From: Eledone cirrhosa
Taxonomy: Eukaryota
NCBI GenBank assembly: GCA_964016885.1
Contig: OZ024745.1
Location: 4,526,001 to 4,590,000 of the forward strand
Direction of reading: 5' to 3'
Length of the DNA stretch: 64,000 nucleotides
Of this stretch, positions 23,701 to 36,800 are shown in pieces. The position numbers and the translations under genes were made by a program. The notes beneath the pieces are model-generated. The model was not told the DNA's origin. It saw nothing but the letters and a program-made list of their open reading frames with translations, and did not search any database. Position 1 is the stretch's first letter. Each line of letters opens with the position of its first letter.

Positions 23701-26700
23701 TTAGAACATCGTGGTATTTGGCTCTCTTCTCTCTTAGAACATCGTGGTATTTGGCTCTCTTCTCTCTCAGAACATCGTGGTATTTGGCTCTCTTCTATCT
23801 CAGTGAGAACATCGTGGTATTTGGCTCTCTTCTCTCTCAGAACACCGTGGTATCTGGCTCTCTTCTCTTTAGGGAGATCGTGGTATTTGGCTCTATTCTC
23901 TCTCAGTTAGAATATCGTGGTATTTGGCTCTCTTCTGTCTCAGAACATCGTGGTATTTGGCTCTCTTCTCTCTCAGAACATCGTGGTATTTGGCTCTCTT
24001 CTCTCTCAGAACATCGTGGTATTTGGCTCTCTTCCCTCTCAGTTAGAACATCGTAGTATTTGGCTCTCTTCTGTCTCAGAACATCTTGGTATTTGGCTCT
24101 CTTCTCTCTCAGTTAGAACATACTGGTATTTGGCTCTCTTCCATCACAGAACATCGTGGTATTTGGCTCTCTTCTCTCGCAGTTAGAACGTCCTGGTATT
24201 TGGCTCTCTTCTCTCTCAGAACATCGTGGTATTTGGCTCTCTTCTCTCTCAGTTAGAACATCGTAGTATTTGGCTCTCTTCTGTCTCAGAACATCGTGGT
24301 ATTTGGCTCTCTTCTCTCTCAGTTAGAACTCCGTGGTATCTGGGTCTGTTCTCTCTCAGAACATCGTGGTATTTGGGTCTCTTCTCTCTTAGAACATCGT
24401 GGTATTTGGCTCTCTTCACTTCCAGTTAGAACATCGTGGCATTTGGCTCTCTTCTCTCTCAGAACATCGTGGTATCTGGCTCTCTTCTCTCTTAGAAGAT
24501 CGTGGTATTTGGCTCTCTTCTCTCCCAGTTAGAAGATCGAGGTATATGGCTCTCTTCTCTCTCAGAACATCGTGGTATTTGGCTCTCTTCTCTCTCAGTT
24601 AGAAAATCGTGGTATTTGGCTCTCTTCTCTCTCAGAACATCGTGGTATCTGGCTCTCTTCTCTCTCAGAACATCGTGGTATTTGGCTCTCTTCTCTCTCA
24701 GTTAGAACATCGTGGTATTTGGCTCTCTTCTCTCTCAGTTAGAACATCGTGGTATCTGGCTCTCTTCTCTCTTAGAACATCGTGGTATTTGGCTCTCTTC
24801 TCTCTCAGTTAGAACATCGTGGTATTTGGCTCTCTTCTCTCTCAGAACATCGTGGTATTTGGCTCTCTTCTCTCTCAGTTAGAACATCGTGGTATCTGGC
24901 TCTCTTCTCTCTTAGAACATCGTGGTATCTGGCTCTCTTCTCTCTTAGAACATCGTGGTATTTGGCTCTCTTCTCTTTTAGAACATCGTGGTATTTGGCT
25001 CTCTTCTCTTTTAGAACATCGTGGTATTTGGCTCTCTTCTCTCTCAGAACATCGTGGTATTTGGCTCTCTTCTCTCTCAGTTAGAACATCGTGGTATCTG
25101 GCTCTCTTCTCTCTTAGAACATCGTGGTATCTGGCTATCTTCTCTCTCAGTTAGAACATCGTGGTATCTGGCTCTCTTCTCACTCAGAACATCGTGGTAT
25201 TTGGCTCTTTTCTCTCTCAGAACATCGTGGTATTTGGCTCTCTTCTCTCTCAGTTAGAACATCGTGGTATCTGGCTCTCTTCTCTCTCAGAACATCGTGG
25301 TATCTGGCTATCTTCTCTCTCAGAACATCGTGGTATTTGGCTCTCTTCTCTCTCAGTTAGAACATCGTGGTATCTGGCTCTCTTCTCTCTCAGAACATCG
25401 TGGTATTTGGCTCTCTTCTCTCTCAGTTAGAACATCGTGGTATCTGGCTCTCTTCTCACTCAGAACATCGTGGTATTTGGCTCTTTTCTCTCTCAGAACA
25501 TCGTGGTATTTGGCTCTCTTCTCTCTCAGTTAGAACATCGTGGTATTTGGCTCTCTTCTCTCTCAGAACATCGTGGTATTTGGCTCTCTTCTCTCTCAGA
25601 ACATCATGGTATCTGGCACTCTTCTCTCTCATAACATCGTGGTATTTGGCTCTCTTCTCTCTCAGAACATCGTGGTATTTGGCTCTCTTCTCTATCAGAA
25701 CACCGTGGCATCTGGCTCTCTTCTCTCTTAGAACATCGTGGTATTTGGCTCTCTTCTCTCCCAGTTAGAAGATCGTGGTATATGGCTCTCTTCTCTCTCA
25801 GAACATCGTGGTATTTGGCTCTCTTCTCTCTCAGTTAGAAAATCGTGGTATTTGGCTCTCTTCTCTCTCAGAACATCGTGGTATTTGGCTCTCTTCTCTC
25901 TCAGAACATCGTGGTATTTGGCTCTTTTCTCTCTCAGAACATCGTGGTATTTGGCTCTTTTCTCTCTCAGTTAGAACATCGTGGCATTTGGCTCTCTTCT
26001 CTCTCTGAACACCGTGGTATCTGGCTCTCTTCTTTCTTAGAACATCGTGGCATTTGGCTCTCTTCTCTCTCAGAACACCGTGGTATCTGGCTCTCTTCTT
26101 TCTTAGAACATCGTGGTATCTGGCTCTCTTCTTTCTTAGAACATCGTGGCATTTGGCTCTCTTCTCTCTCAGAACACCGTGGTATCTGGCTCTCTTCATT
26201 CTTAGAACATCGTGGTATTTGGCTCTCTTCTCTCTTAGAACATCGTGGTATTTGGCTCTCTTCTCTCTCAGAACATCGTGGTATTTGGCTCTCTTCTCTC
26301 TCAGTGAGAACATCGTGGTATTTGGCTCTCTTCTCTCTCAGAACACCGTGGTATCTGGCTCCCTTCTCTTTTAGGAGATCGTGGTATTTGGCTCTATTCT
26401 CTCTCAGTTAGAACATCGTGGTATTTGGCTCACTTCTGTATCAGAACATCGTGGTATTTGGTTCTTTTCTCTCTCAGAACATCGTGGTATTTGGCTCTCT
26501 TCTCTCTCAGAACATCGTGGTATTTGGCTCTCTTCTCTCTCAGTTAGAGCATCGTAGCATTTGGTTCTCTTCTGTCTCAGAACATCGTGGTATTTGGCTC
26601 TCTTCTCTCTCAGTTAGAACATCCTGGTATTTGGCCCTCTTCCCTCACAGAACATCGTGGTATTCGGCTCTCTTCTCTCTCAGTTAGAACGTCCTGGTAT

Positions 26701-28070
26701 TTGGCTCTCTTCTCTCTCAGAACATCGTGGTATTTGGCTCTCTTCTCTCTCAGTTAGAACATCGTAGTATTTGGCTCTCTTCTGTTTCAGAACATCGTGG
26801 TATTTGGCTCTCTTCTCTCTCAGTTAGAACACCGTGGTATTTGGGTCTCTTCTCTCTCAGAACATCGTGGTATCTGGCTCTCTTCTCTCTTAGAACATCG
26901 TGGTATTTGGCTCTCTTCTCTCTCAGTTAGAACATCGTGGTATCTGGCTATCTTCTCTCTCAGAACATCGTGGTATCTGGCTCTCTTCTCTCTCAGAACA
27001 TCGTGGTATCTGGCTCTCTACTCTCTTAGAACATCGTGGTATTTGGCTCTCTTCTCTCCCAGTTAGAAGATCGTGGTATATGCCTCTCTTCTCTCTCAGA
27101 ACATCGTTGTATTTGGCTCTCTTCTCTCTCAGTTAGAAAATCGTGGTATTTGGCTCTCTTCTGTCTCAGAACATCGTGGTATCTGGCTCTCTTCTCTCTC
27201 AGAACATCGTGGTATTTGGCTCTCTTCTCTCTCAGTTAGAATATCGTGGTATTTGGCTCTCTTCTCTCTCAGTTAGAACATCGTGGTATCTGGCTCTCTT
27301 CTCTCTTAGAACATCGTGGTATTTGGCTCTCTTCTCTCTCAGTTAGAACATCGTGGTATTTGGCTCTCTTCTCTATCAGAACATCGTGGTATTTGGCTCT
27401 CTTCTCTCTCAGTTAGAACATCGTGGTATCTGGCTCTCTTTTCTCTTAGAACATCGTGGTATCTGGCTATCTTCTCTCTTAGAACATCGTGGTATTTGGC
27501 TCTCTTCTCTTTTAGAACATCGTGGTATTTGGCTCTCTTCTCTTTTAGAACATCGTGGTATTGTGCTCTCTTCTCTCTCAGAACATCGTGGTATTTGGCT
27601 CTCTTCTCTCTCAGTTAGAACATCGTAGTATTTGGCTCTCTTCTGTCTCAGAACATCGTGGTATTTGGCTCTCTTCTCTCTCAGTTACAACATCCTGGTA
27701 TTTGGCTCTCTTCCCCCACAGAACATCGTGGTATTTGGCTCTCTTCTCTCTCAGTTAGAACATCCTGGTATTTGGCTCTCTTCTGTCTCAGAACATCGTG
27801 GTATTTGGCTCACTTCTCTCTCAGTTAGAACATCCTGGTATTTGGCTCTCTTCCCTCACAGAACATCGTGGTATTTGGCTCTCTTCTCTCTCAGTTAGAA
27901 CATCCTGGTATTTGGCTCTCTTCTCTCTCAGAACATCGTGGTATTTGGCTCTCTTCTCTCTCAGTTAGAACATCGTAGTATTTGGATCTCTTCTGTCTCA
28001 GAACATCGTGGTATTTGGCTCTCTTCTCTCTCAGTTAGAACACCGTGGTATTTGGTTCTCTTCTCTCTCA
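19530..28070 (+). repeat. Tandem higher-order duplication of ~4.35-4.6 kb
   Basis: ORF offsets are 4351 (19566/23917, 20431/24782), 4520 (21255/25775), 4561 (22166/26727) and 4598 (22957/27555, 23340/27938). The copies share rare variants such as TATTGTGCTC, TATATGCCTC and CCCCCACAG. Confidence 0.88.
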
Positions 28071-30899
28071 GAACATCGTGGTATTTGGGTCTCTTCTCTC
28101 TCAGAACATCGTGGATTTTGGCTCTCTTCACTCTCAGTTAGAACATCGTGGTATCTGGCTCTCTTCTCTCTCAGAACATCGTGGTATCTGGCTCTCTTCT
28201 CTCTTAGAACATCGTGGTATCTGGCTCTCTTCTCTTTGAGAACATCGTGGTATCTGGCTCTCTTCTCTTTTAGAACATCGTGGTATCTGGCTCTCTTCTC
28301 TCTCAGTTAGAACATCGTGGTATTTGGCTCTCTTCTGTCTCAGAACATCGTGGTATTTGGCTCTCCTCTCTCTCATTACATCGTGGTATCTGGCTCTCTT
28401 CTCTCTCAGAACATCGTGGTATCTGGCTCTCTTCTCTCTCAGAACATCGTGGTATCTGGCTCTCTTCTCTCTCAGAACACCGTGGTATCTGGCTCTCTTC
28501 TCTCTCAGAACACCGTGGTATCTGGCTCTCCTGTTTCTTAGAACATCGTGGTATCTGGCTCTCTTCTCTTTTAGAACATCTTGGTATCTGGCTCTCTTCT
28601 CTCTCAGTTAGAACATCGTGGTATTTGGCTCTCTTCTCTCTCAGAACATCGTGGTATCTGGCTCTCTTCTCTCTCAGAACATCGTGGTATCTGGCTCTCT
28701 TCTCTCTCAGAACATCGTGGTATTTGGCTCTCTTCTCTCTCAGAACACAGTGGTATCTGGCTCTCTTCTCTCTTAGAACATCGTGGTATTTGGCTCTCTT
28801 CTCTCTCAGTTAGAACATCGTGGTATCTGGCTCTCTTCTCTCTCAGAACACCGTGGTATTTGGCTCTCTTCTCTTACAGAACATCGTGGTATTTGGCTCT
28901 CTTCTCTCCCAGAACATCGTGGTATTTGGCTCTCTTCTCTCTCACAACATCGTGGTATCTGGCTCTCTTCTCTCTCAGAACATCGTGGTATTTGGCTCTC
29001 TTCTCTCTCAGGACATCGTGGTATTTGGCTCTCTTCTCTCTCAGGACATCGTGGTATTTGGCTCTATCTTGTCTCTCAGGACATCGTGGTATTTGGCTCT
29101 TTTCTCTCTCAGAACATCGTGGTATCTGGATCACTTCTCTCGCAGGACATCGTGGTATTTGGCTCTCTTCTCTCTCAGTTAGAACATCGTGGTATTTGGC
29201 TCTCTTCCCTCTCAGAACATCGTGGTATTTGGCTCTCTTCTCTCTCAGAACATCGTGGTATCTGGCTCTCTTCTCTCTCAAAACATCGTGGTATTTGGCT
29301 CGCTTCTTTCTCAGAACACCTTGGTATCTGGCTCTCTTCTCTCTCAGAACACCGTGGTATCTGGCTCTCTTCTCTCTTAGAACATCGTGGTATCTGGCTC
29401 TCTTCTCTCTTAGAACATCGTGGTATTTGGTTCTCTTCTCTCTCAGTCAGAACATCGTGGTATTTGGCTCTCTTCTCTCTCAGTCAGAACATCGTGGTAT
29501 TTGGCTCTCTTCACTCTCAGTTAGAACATCGTGGCATTTGGCTCTCTTCTCTCTCAGTTAGAACATCGTTGTATTTGGCTCTCTTCTCTCTCAGAACACC
29601 GTGGTATTTAGCTCTCTTCTTTCTCAGAACATCGTGGTATTTGGCTCTCTTCTCTCTCAGAACATCGTGGTATTTGGCTCTCTTCTCTCTCAGAACATCG
29701 TGGTATCTGGCTCTCTTCTCTCTCAGTTAGAACATCGTGGTATTTGGCTCTCTTCTCTCTCAGAACATCGTGGTATTTGGCTCTCTTCTCTCTCAGTTAG
29801 AAAATCGTGGTATTTGGCTCTCTTCTCTCTCAGAACATCGTGGTATTTGGCTCTCTTCTCTCTCAGAACATCGTAGTATTTGGCTCTTTTCTCTCTCAGA
29901 ACATCATGGTATTTGGCTCTCTTCTCTCTCAGTTAGAACATCGTGGCATTTGGCTCTCTTCTCTCTCAGAACACAGTGGTATCTGGCTCTCTTCTTTCTT
30001 AGAACATCGTGGTATTTGGCTCTCTTCTCTCTCAGAACACCGTGGTATCTGGCTCTCTTCTCTCTTAGAACATCGTGGTATTTGGCTCTCTTCTCTCTCA
30101 GAACATCGTGGTATTTGGCTCTCTTCTCTCTCATTTAGAACATTGTGGTATCTGGCTCTCTTCTCTCTCAGAACATCGTGGTATCTGGCTCTCTTCTCTC
30201 TCAGGACATCGTGGTATTTGGCCCTCTTCTCTCTCAGTTAGAAGATCGTGGTATTTGGATCTCTTCCCTCTCAGAACATCGTGGTATTTGGCTCTCTTCT
30301 ATCTCAGAACACCGTGGTATCTGGCTGTCTTCTCTCTCAGAACATCGTGGTATCTGGCTCTCTTCTCTCTCAGGACATCGTGGTATCTGGCTCTCTTCTC
30401 TCTCAGTTAGAACATAGTGGTATCTGGCTCTCTTCTCTCTCAAAACATCGTGGTATCTGGCTCTCTTCTCTCTCAGTTAGAACAGCGTGGTATCTGGCTC
30501 TCTTCTCTCTCAGAACATCGTGGTATCTGGCTCTCTTCTCTCTCAGAACATCGTGGTATCTGGCTCTCTTCTCTCTCAGAACATCGTGGTATCTGGCTCT
30601 CTTCTCTCTCAGAACACCGTGGTATCTGGCTCTCTTCTCTCTCAGAACACCGTGGTATCTGTCTCTCTTATTTCTTAGAACACCGTGGTATTTGGCTCTC
30701 TTCTCTCTCAGAACATCGTGGTATCTGGCTCTCTTCTCTCTCAGTTAGAACATCGTGGTATCTGGCTCTCTTCTCTCTCAGAACATCGTGGTATCTGGCT
30801 CCCTTCTCTCTCAGAACACCGTGGTATTTGGCTCTCTTCTCTCTCAGAACACCGTGGTATCTGGCTCTCTTCTCTCTCAGAACATCGTGGTATCTGGCT

Positions 30900-33800
30900 C
30901 TCTTCTGTCTCAGTTAGAACATCGTGGTATCTGGCTCTCTTCTCTCTCAGAACATCGTGGTATTTGGCTCTCTTCTCTCTCAGTTAGAACATCGTGGTAT
31001 CTGGCTCTCTTCTCTCTCAGAACATCGTGGTATTTGGCTCTCTTCTCTCTCAGAACCTGGTGGTATTTGGCTCTCTTCTCTCTCAGAACATCGTGGTATC
31101 TGGCTCTCTTCTCTCTCAGTTAGAACATCGTGGTATCTGGCTGTCTTCTCTCTCAGAACATCGTGGTATCTGTCTCTCTTCTCTCTCAGAACATCGTGGT
31201 ATCTGGCTCTCTTCTCTCTCAGAACACCGTGGTATCTGGCTCTCTTCTTTCTTAGAACACCGTGGTATTTGGCTCTCTTCTCTCTCAGAACATCGTGGTA
31301 TCTGGCTCTCTTCTCTCTCAGAACATCGTGGTATCTGGCTCTCTTCTCTCTCAGAACATCGTGGTATCTGGCTCTCTTCTCTCTCAGAAAATCGTGGTAT
31401 CTGGCTCTCTTCTCTCTCAGAACACCGTGGTATCTGTCTTTCTTCTTCCTTATAACACCGTGGTATTTGGCTCTCTTCTCTCTCAGAACATCGTGGTATC
31501 TGGCTCTCTTCTCTCTCAGTTAGAACATCGTGGTATCTGGCTCTCTTCTCTCTCAGAACATCGTGGTATCTGGCTCCCTTCTCTCTCAGAACATCGTGGT
31601 ATCTGGCTATCTTCTCTCTCAGAACACCGTGGTATTTGGCTCTCTTCTCTCTCAGAACATCGTGGTATCTGGCTCTCTTCTCTCTCAGAACATCGTGGTA
31701 TCTGGCTCTCTTCTCTCTCAGAACATCGTGGTATCTGGCTCTCTTCTCTCTCAGAACATCGTGGTATCTGGCTCTCTTCTCTCTCAGAACACCGTGGTAT
31801 CTGTCTTTCTTCTTTCTTAGAAAACCGTGGTATTTGGCTCTCTTCTCTCTCAGAACATCGTGGTATCTGGCTCTCTTCTCTCTCAGTTAGAACATCGTGG
31901 TATCTGGCTCCCTTCTCTCTCAGAACATCGTGGTATCTGGCTATCTTCTCTCTCAGAACATCGTGGTATCTGGCTCTCTTCTCTCTCAGAACACCGTGGT
32001 ATCTGGCTCTCTTCTCTCTCAGTTAGAACATCGTGGTCTCTGGCTCTCTTCTCTCTCAGAACATCGTGGTATCTGGCTCTCTTCTCTCTCAGAACATCGT
32101 GGTATCTGGCTCTCTTCTCTCTCAGAACATCGTGGTATCTGGCTCTCTTCTCTCTCAAAACACCGTGGTATCTGGCTCTCTTCTTTCTTAGAACACCGTG
32201 GTATTTGGCTCTCTTCTCTCTCAGAACATCGTGGTATCTGGCTCTCTTCTCTCTCAGAACATCGAGGTATCTGGCTCTCTTCTCTCTCAGAACATCGTGG
32301 TATCTGGCTCTCTTCTCTCTCAGAACATCGTGGTATCTGGCTCTCTTCTCTCTCAGAAAACCGTGGTATCTGGCTCTCTTCTCTCTCAGAACACCGTGGT
32401 ATCTGTCTCTCTTCTTTCTTAGAACACCGTGGTATTTGGCTCTCTTTTCTCTCAGAACATCGTGGTATCTGGCTCTCTTCTCTCTCAGTTAGAACATCGT
32501 GGTATCTGGCTCTCTTCTCTCTCAGAACATCGTGGTATCTGGCTCCCTTTTCTCTCAGAACATCGTGGTATCTGGCTATCTTCTCTCTCAGAACACCGTG
32601 GTATTTGGCTCTCTTCTCTCTCAGAACACCGTGGTATCTGGCTCTCTTCTCTCTCAGAACATCGTGGTATCTGGCTCTGCTCTCTCTCAGAACACCGTGG
32701 TATCTGGCTCTCTTCTCTCTCAGTTAGAACATCGTGGTATCTGGCTCTCTTCTCCCTCAGAACATCGTGGTATCTGGCTCTCTTCTCTCTCAGAACATCG
32801 TGGTATCTGGCTCTCTTCTCTCTCAGAACACCGTGGTATCTGGCTCTCTTCTCTCTCAGTTAGAACATCGTGGTATCTGGCTCTCTTCTCTCTCAGAACA
32901 TCGTGGTATCTGGCTCTCTTCTCTCTCAGAACACCGTAGTATCTGGCTCTCTTCTATCTCAGTGAGAACATCGTGGTATTTGGCTCTCTTCTCTCTCAGA
33001 ACTCCGTGGCATCTGGCTCTCTTCTCTCTCAGAACATCGTGGTATTTGGCTCTCTTCTCTCTCAGTAAGAACATCGTAGTATTTGGCTCTCTTCTGTCTC
33101 AGAACATCGTGGTATTTGGCTCTCTTCTCTCTCAGTTAGAACATCCTGGTATTTGGCTCTCTTCCCTCACAGAACATCGTGGTATTTGGCTCTCTTCTCT
33201 CTCAGTTAGAACATCCTGGTATTTGGCTCTCTTCTGTCTCAGAACATCGTGGTATTTGGCTCACTTCTCTCTCAGTTAGAACATCCTGGTATTTGGCTTT
33301 CTTCCCTCACAGAACATCGTGGTATTTGGCTCTCTTCTCTCTCAGTTAGAACATCCTGGTACTTGGCTCTCTTCTCTCTCAGAACATCGTGGTATTTGGC
33401 TCTCTTCTCTCTCAGTTAGAACATCGTAGTATTTGGATCTCTTCTGTCTCAGAACATCGTGGTATTTGGCTCTCTTCTCTCTCAGTTAGAAAACCGTGGT
33501 ATTTGGTTCTCTTCTCTCTCAGAACATCGTGGTATTTGGGTTTCTTCTCTCTCAGAACATCGTGGTATTTGGCTCTCTTCACTCTCAGTTAGAACATCGT
33601 GGTATCTGGCTCTCTTCTCTTTTAGAACCTCGTGGTATTTGGCTCTCTTCTCTATCAGTTAGAACATTGTGGTATCTGGCTCTCTTCTCTCTCAGAACAT
33701 CGTGGGATCTGGCTCTCTTCTCTTTTAGAACATCGTGGTATGTGGCTCTCTTCTCTTTTAGAACCTCGTGGTATTTGGCTCTCTTCTCTCTCAGTTAGAA

Positions 33801-36800
33801 CATTGTGGTATCTGACTCTCTTCTCTCTCAGAACATCGTGGTATCTGGCTCTCTTCTCTCTTAGAACATCGTGGTATCTGGCTATCTTCTCTTTTAGAAC
33901 ATCGTGGTATCTGGCTCTCTTCTCTCTCAGTTAGAACATCGTGGTATTTGGCTCTCTTCTGTCTCGGAACATCGTGGTATTTGGCTCTCTTCTCTCTCAG
34001 AACATCGTGGTATTTGGCTCTCTTCTCTCTCAGAACATCGTGGTATCTGGCTCTCTTCTCTCTCAGAACATCGTGGTATCTGGCTCTCTTCTCTCTCAGA
34101 ACACCGTGGTATCTGGCTCTCTTCTCTCTCAGAACACCGTGGTATCTGGCTTTTCTCTCTCTTAGAACATCGTGGTATCTGGCTCTCTTCTCTATTAGAA
34201 CATCGTGGTATCTGGCTCTCTTCTCTCTCAGTTAGAACATCGTGGTATTTGGCTCTCTTCTCTCTCAGAACATCGTGGTATCTGGCTCTCTTCTCTCTCA
34301 GAACATCGTGGTATCTGGCTCTCTTCTCTCTCAGATCATCGTGGTATTTGGCTCTCTTCTCTCTCAGAACACCGTGGTATCTGGCTCTCTTCTCTCTCAG
34401 AACATCGTGGTATCTGGCTCTCTTCTCTCTCAGTTAGAACATCGTGGTATCTGGCTCTCTTCTCTCTCAGAACATCGTGGTATTTGGCTCTCTTCTCTCT
34501 CAGTTAGAACATCGTGGTATCTGACTCTCTTCTCTCTCAGAACATCGTGGTATTTGGGTCTCTTCTCTCTCAGAACCTAGTGGTATTTGGCTCTCTTCTC
34601 TCTCAGAACATCGTGGTATCTGGCTCTCTTCTCTCTCAGTTAGAACATCGTGGTATCTGGCTCTCTTCTCTCTCAGAACATGGTGGTATCTGGCTCTCTT
34701 CTCTCTCAGTTAGAACATCGTGGTATCTGGCTGTCTTCTCTCTCAGAACATCGTGGTATCTGTCTCTCTTCTCTCTCAGAACATCGTGGTATCTGGCTCT
34801 CTTCTCTCTCAGAACACCGTGGTATCTGGCTCTCTTCTTTCTTAGAACACCGTGGTATTTGGCTCTCTTCTCTCTCAGAACATCGTGGTATCTGGCTCTC
34901 TTCACTCTCAGAACATCGTGGTATCTGGCTCTCTTCTCTCTCAGAACATCGTGGTATCTGGCTCTCTTCTCTCTCAGAACATCGTGGTATCTGGCTCTCT
35001 TCTCTCTCAGAAAACCGTGGTATCTGGCTCTCTTCTCTCTCAGAACACCGTGGTATCTGTCTTTCTTCTTTCTTATAACACCGTGGTATTTGGCTCTCTT
35101 CTCTCTCAGAACATCGTGGTATCTGGCTCTCTTCTCTCTCAGTTAGAACATCGTGGTATCTGGCTCTCTTCTCTCTCAGAACATCGTGGTATCTGGCTCC
35201 CTTCTCTCTCAGAACATCGTGGTATCTGGCTATCTTCTCTCTCAGAACACCGTGGTAATTGGCTCTCTTCTCTCTCAGAACATCGTGGTATCTGGCTCTC
35301 TTCTCTCTCAGAACATCGTGGTATCTGGCTCTCTTCTCTCTCAGAACATCGTGGTATCTGGCTCTCTTCTCTCTCAGAACATCGTGGTATCTGGCTCTCT
35401 TCTCTCTCAGATCACCGTGGTATCTGTCTTTCTTCTTTCTTAGAACACCGTGGTATTTGGCTCTCTTCTCTCTCAGAACATCGTGGTATCTGGCTCTCTT
35501 CTCTCTCAGTTAGAATATCGTGGTATCTGGCTCCCTTCTCTCTCAGAACATCGTGGTATCTGGCTATCTTCTCTCTCAGAACATCGTGGTATCTGGCTCT
35601 CTTCTCTCTCAGAACACCGTGGTATCTGGCTCTCTTCTCTCTCAGTTAGAACATCGTGGTCTCTGGCTCTCTTCTCTCTCAAAACACCGTGGTATCTGGC
35701 TCTCTTCTTTCTTAGAACACCGTGGTATTTGGCTCTCTTCTCTCTCAGAACATCGTGGTATCTGGCTCTCTTCTCTCTCAGAACATCGAGGTATCTGGCT
35801 CCCTTCTCTCTCAGAACATCGTGGTATCTGGCTCTCTTCTCTCTCAGAACATCGTGGTATCTGGCTCTCTTCTCTCTCAGAACACCGTGGTATCTGTCTC
35901 TCTTCTTTCTTAGAACACCGTGGTATTTGGCTCTCTTCTCTCTCAGAACATCGTGGTATCTGGCTCTCTTCTCTCTCAGTTAGAACATAGTGGTATCTGG
36001 CTCTCTTCTCTCTCAGAACATCGTGGTATCTGGCTCCCTTTTCTCTCAGAACATCGTGGTATCTGGCTATCTTCTCTCTCAGAACACCGTGGTATTTGGC
36101 TCTCTTCTCTCTCAGAGCACCGTGGTATCTGGCTCTCTTCTCTCTCAGAACATCGTGGTATCTGGCTCTGTTCTCTCTCTGAACACCGTGGTATCTGGCT
36201 CTCTTCTCTCTCAGTTAGAACATCGTGGTTTTTGGCTCTCTTCTCTCTCAGAACATCGTGGTATCTGGCTCTCTTCTCTCTCAGAACATCGTGGTATCTG
36301 GCTCTCTTTTCTCTCAGAACACCGTGGTATCTGGCTCTCTTCTCTCCCAGTTAGAACATCGTGGTATCTTGCTCTCTTCTCTCTCAGAATATCGTGGTAT
36401 TTGGCTCTCTTCTCTCTCAGAACACCGTGGTATCTGGCTCTCTTCTCTCTCAGAACAACGTGGTATCTTGCTCTATTCTCTCTCAGTTAGAACATCGTGG
36501 TATCTGGCTCTCTTCTCTCTCAGAACATCGTGGTATCTGGCTCTCTTCTCTCTCAGAACACCGTGGTATCTGGCTCTCTTCTCTCTCAGAACATCGTGTT
36601 ATTTGGCTCTCTTCTCTCTCAGTTAGAACATCCTGGTATTTGGCTCTCTTCCCTCACAGAACATCCTGGTATTTGGCTCTCTTCCCTCTCAGAACACCGT
36701 GGTATCTGGCTCTCTTCTCTCTCAGAACAACGTGGTATCTTGCTCTCTTCTCTCTCAGTTAGAACATCGTGGTATCTGGCTCTCTTCTCTCTCAGAACAT

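Larger units (their letters stand above)
1..28100 (+). repeat. Left satellite subfamily domain (TATTTGG-rich, frequent 37-mers, AGGAGATC marker monomer)
   Basis: Most monomers read GGTATTTGG. The diagnostic TTTTAGGAGATCG/TTTAGGGAGATCG monomer occurs at about 2523, 4233, 6186, 6660, 8026, 10670, 12380, 14465, 17477, 21952, 23871 and 26373, and I did not see it after 26.4 kb. The boundary is approximate. Confidence 0.8.
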
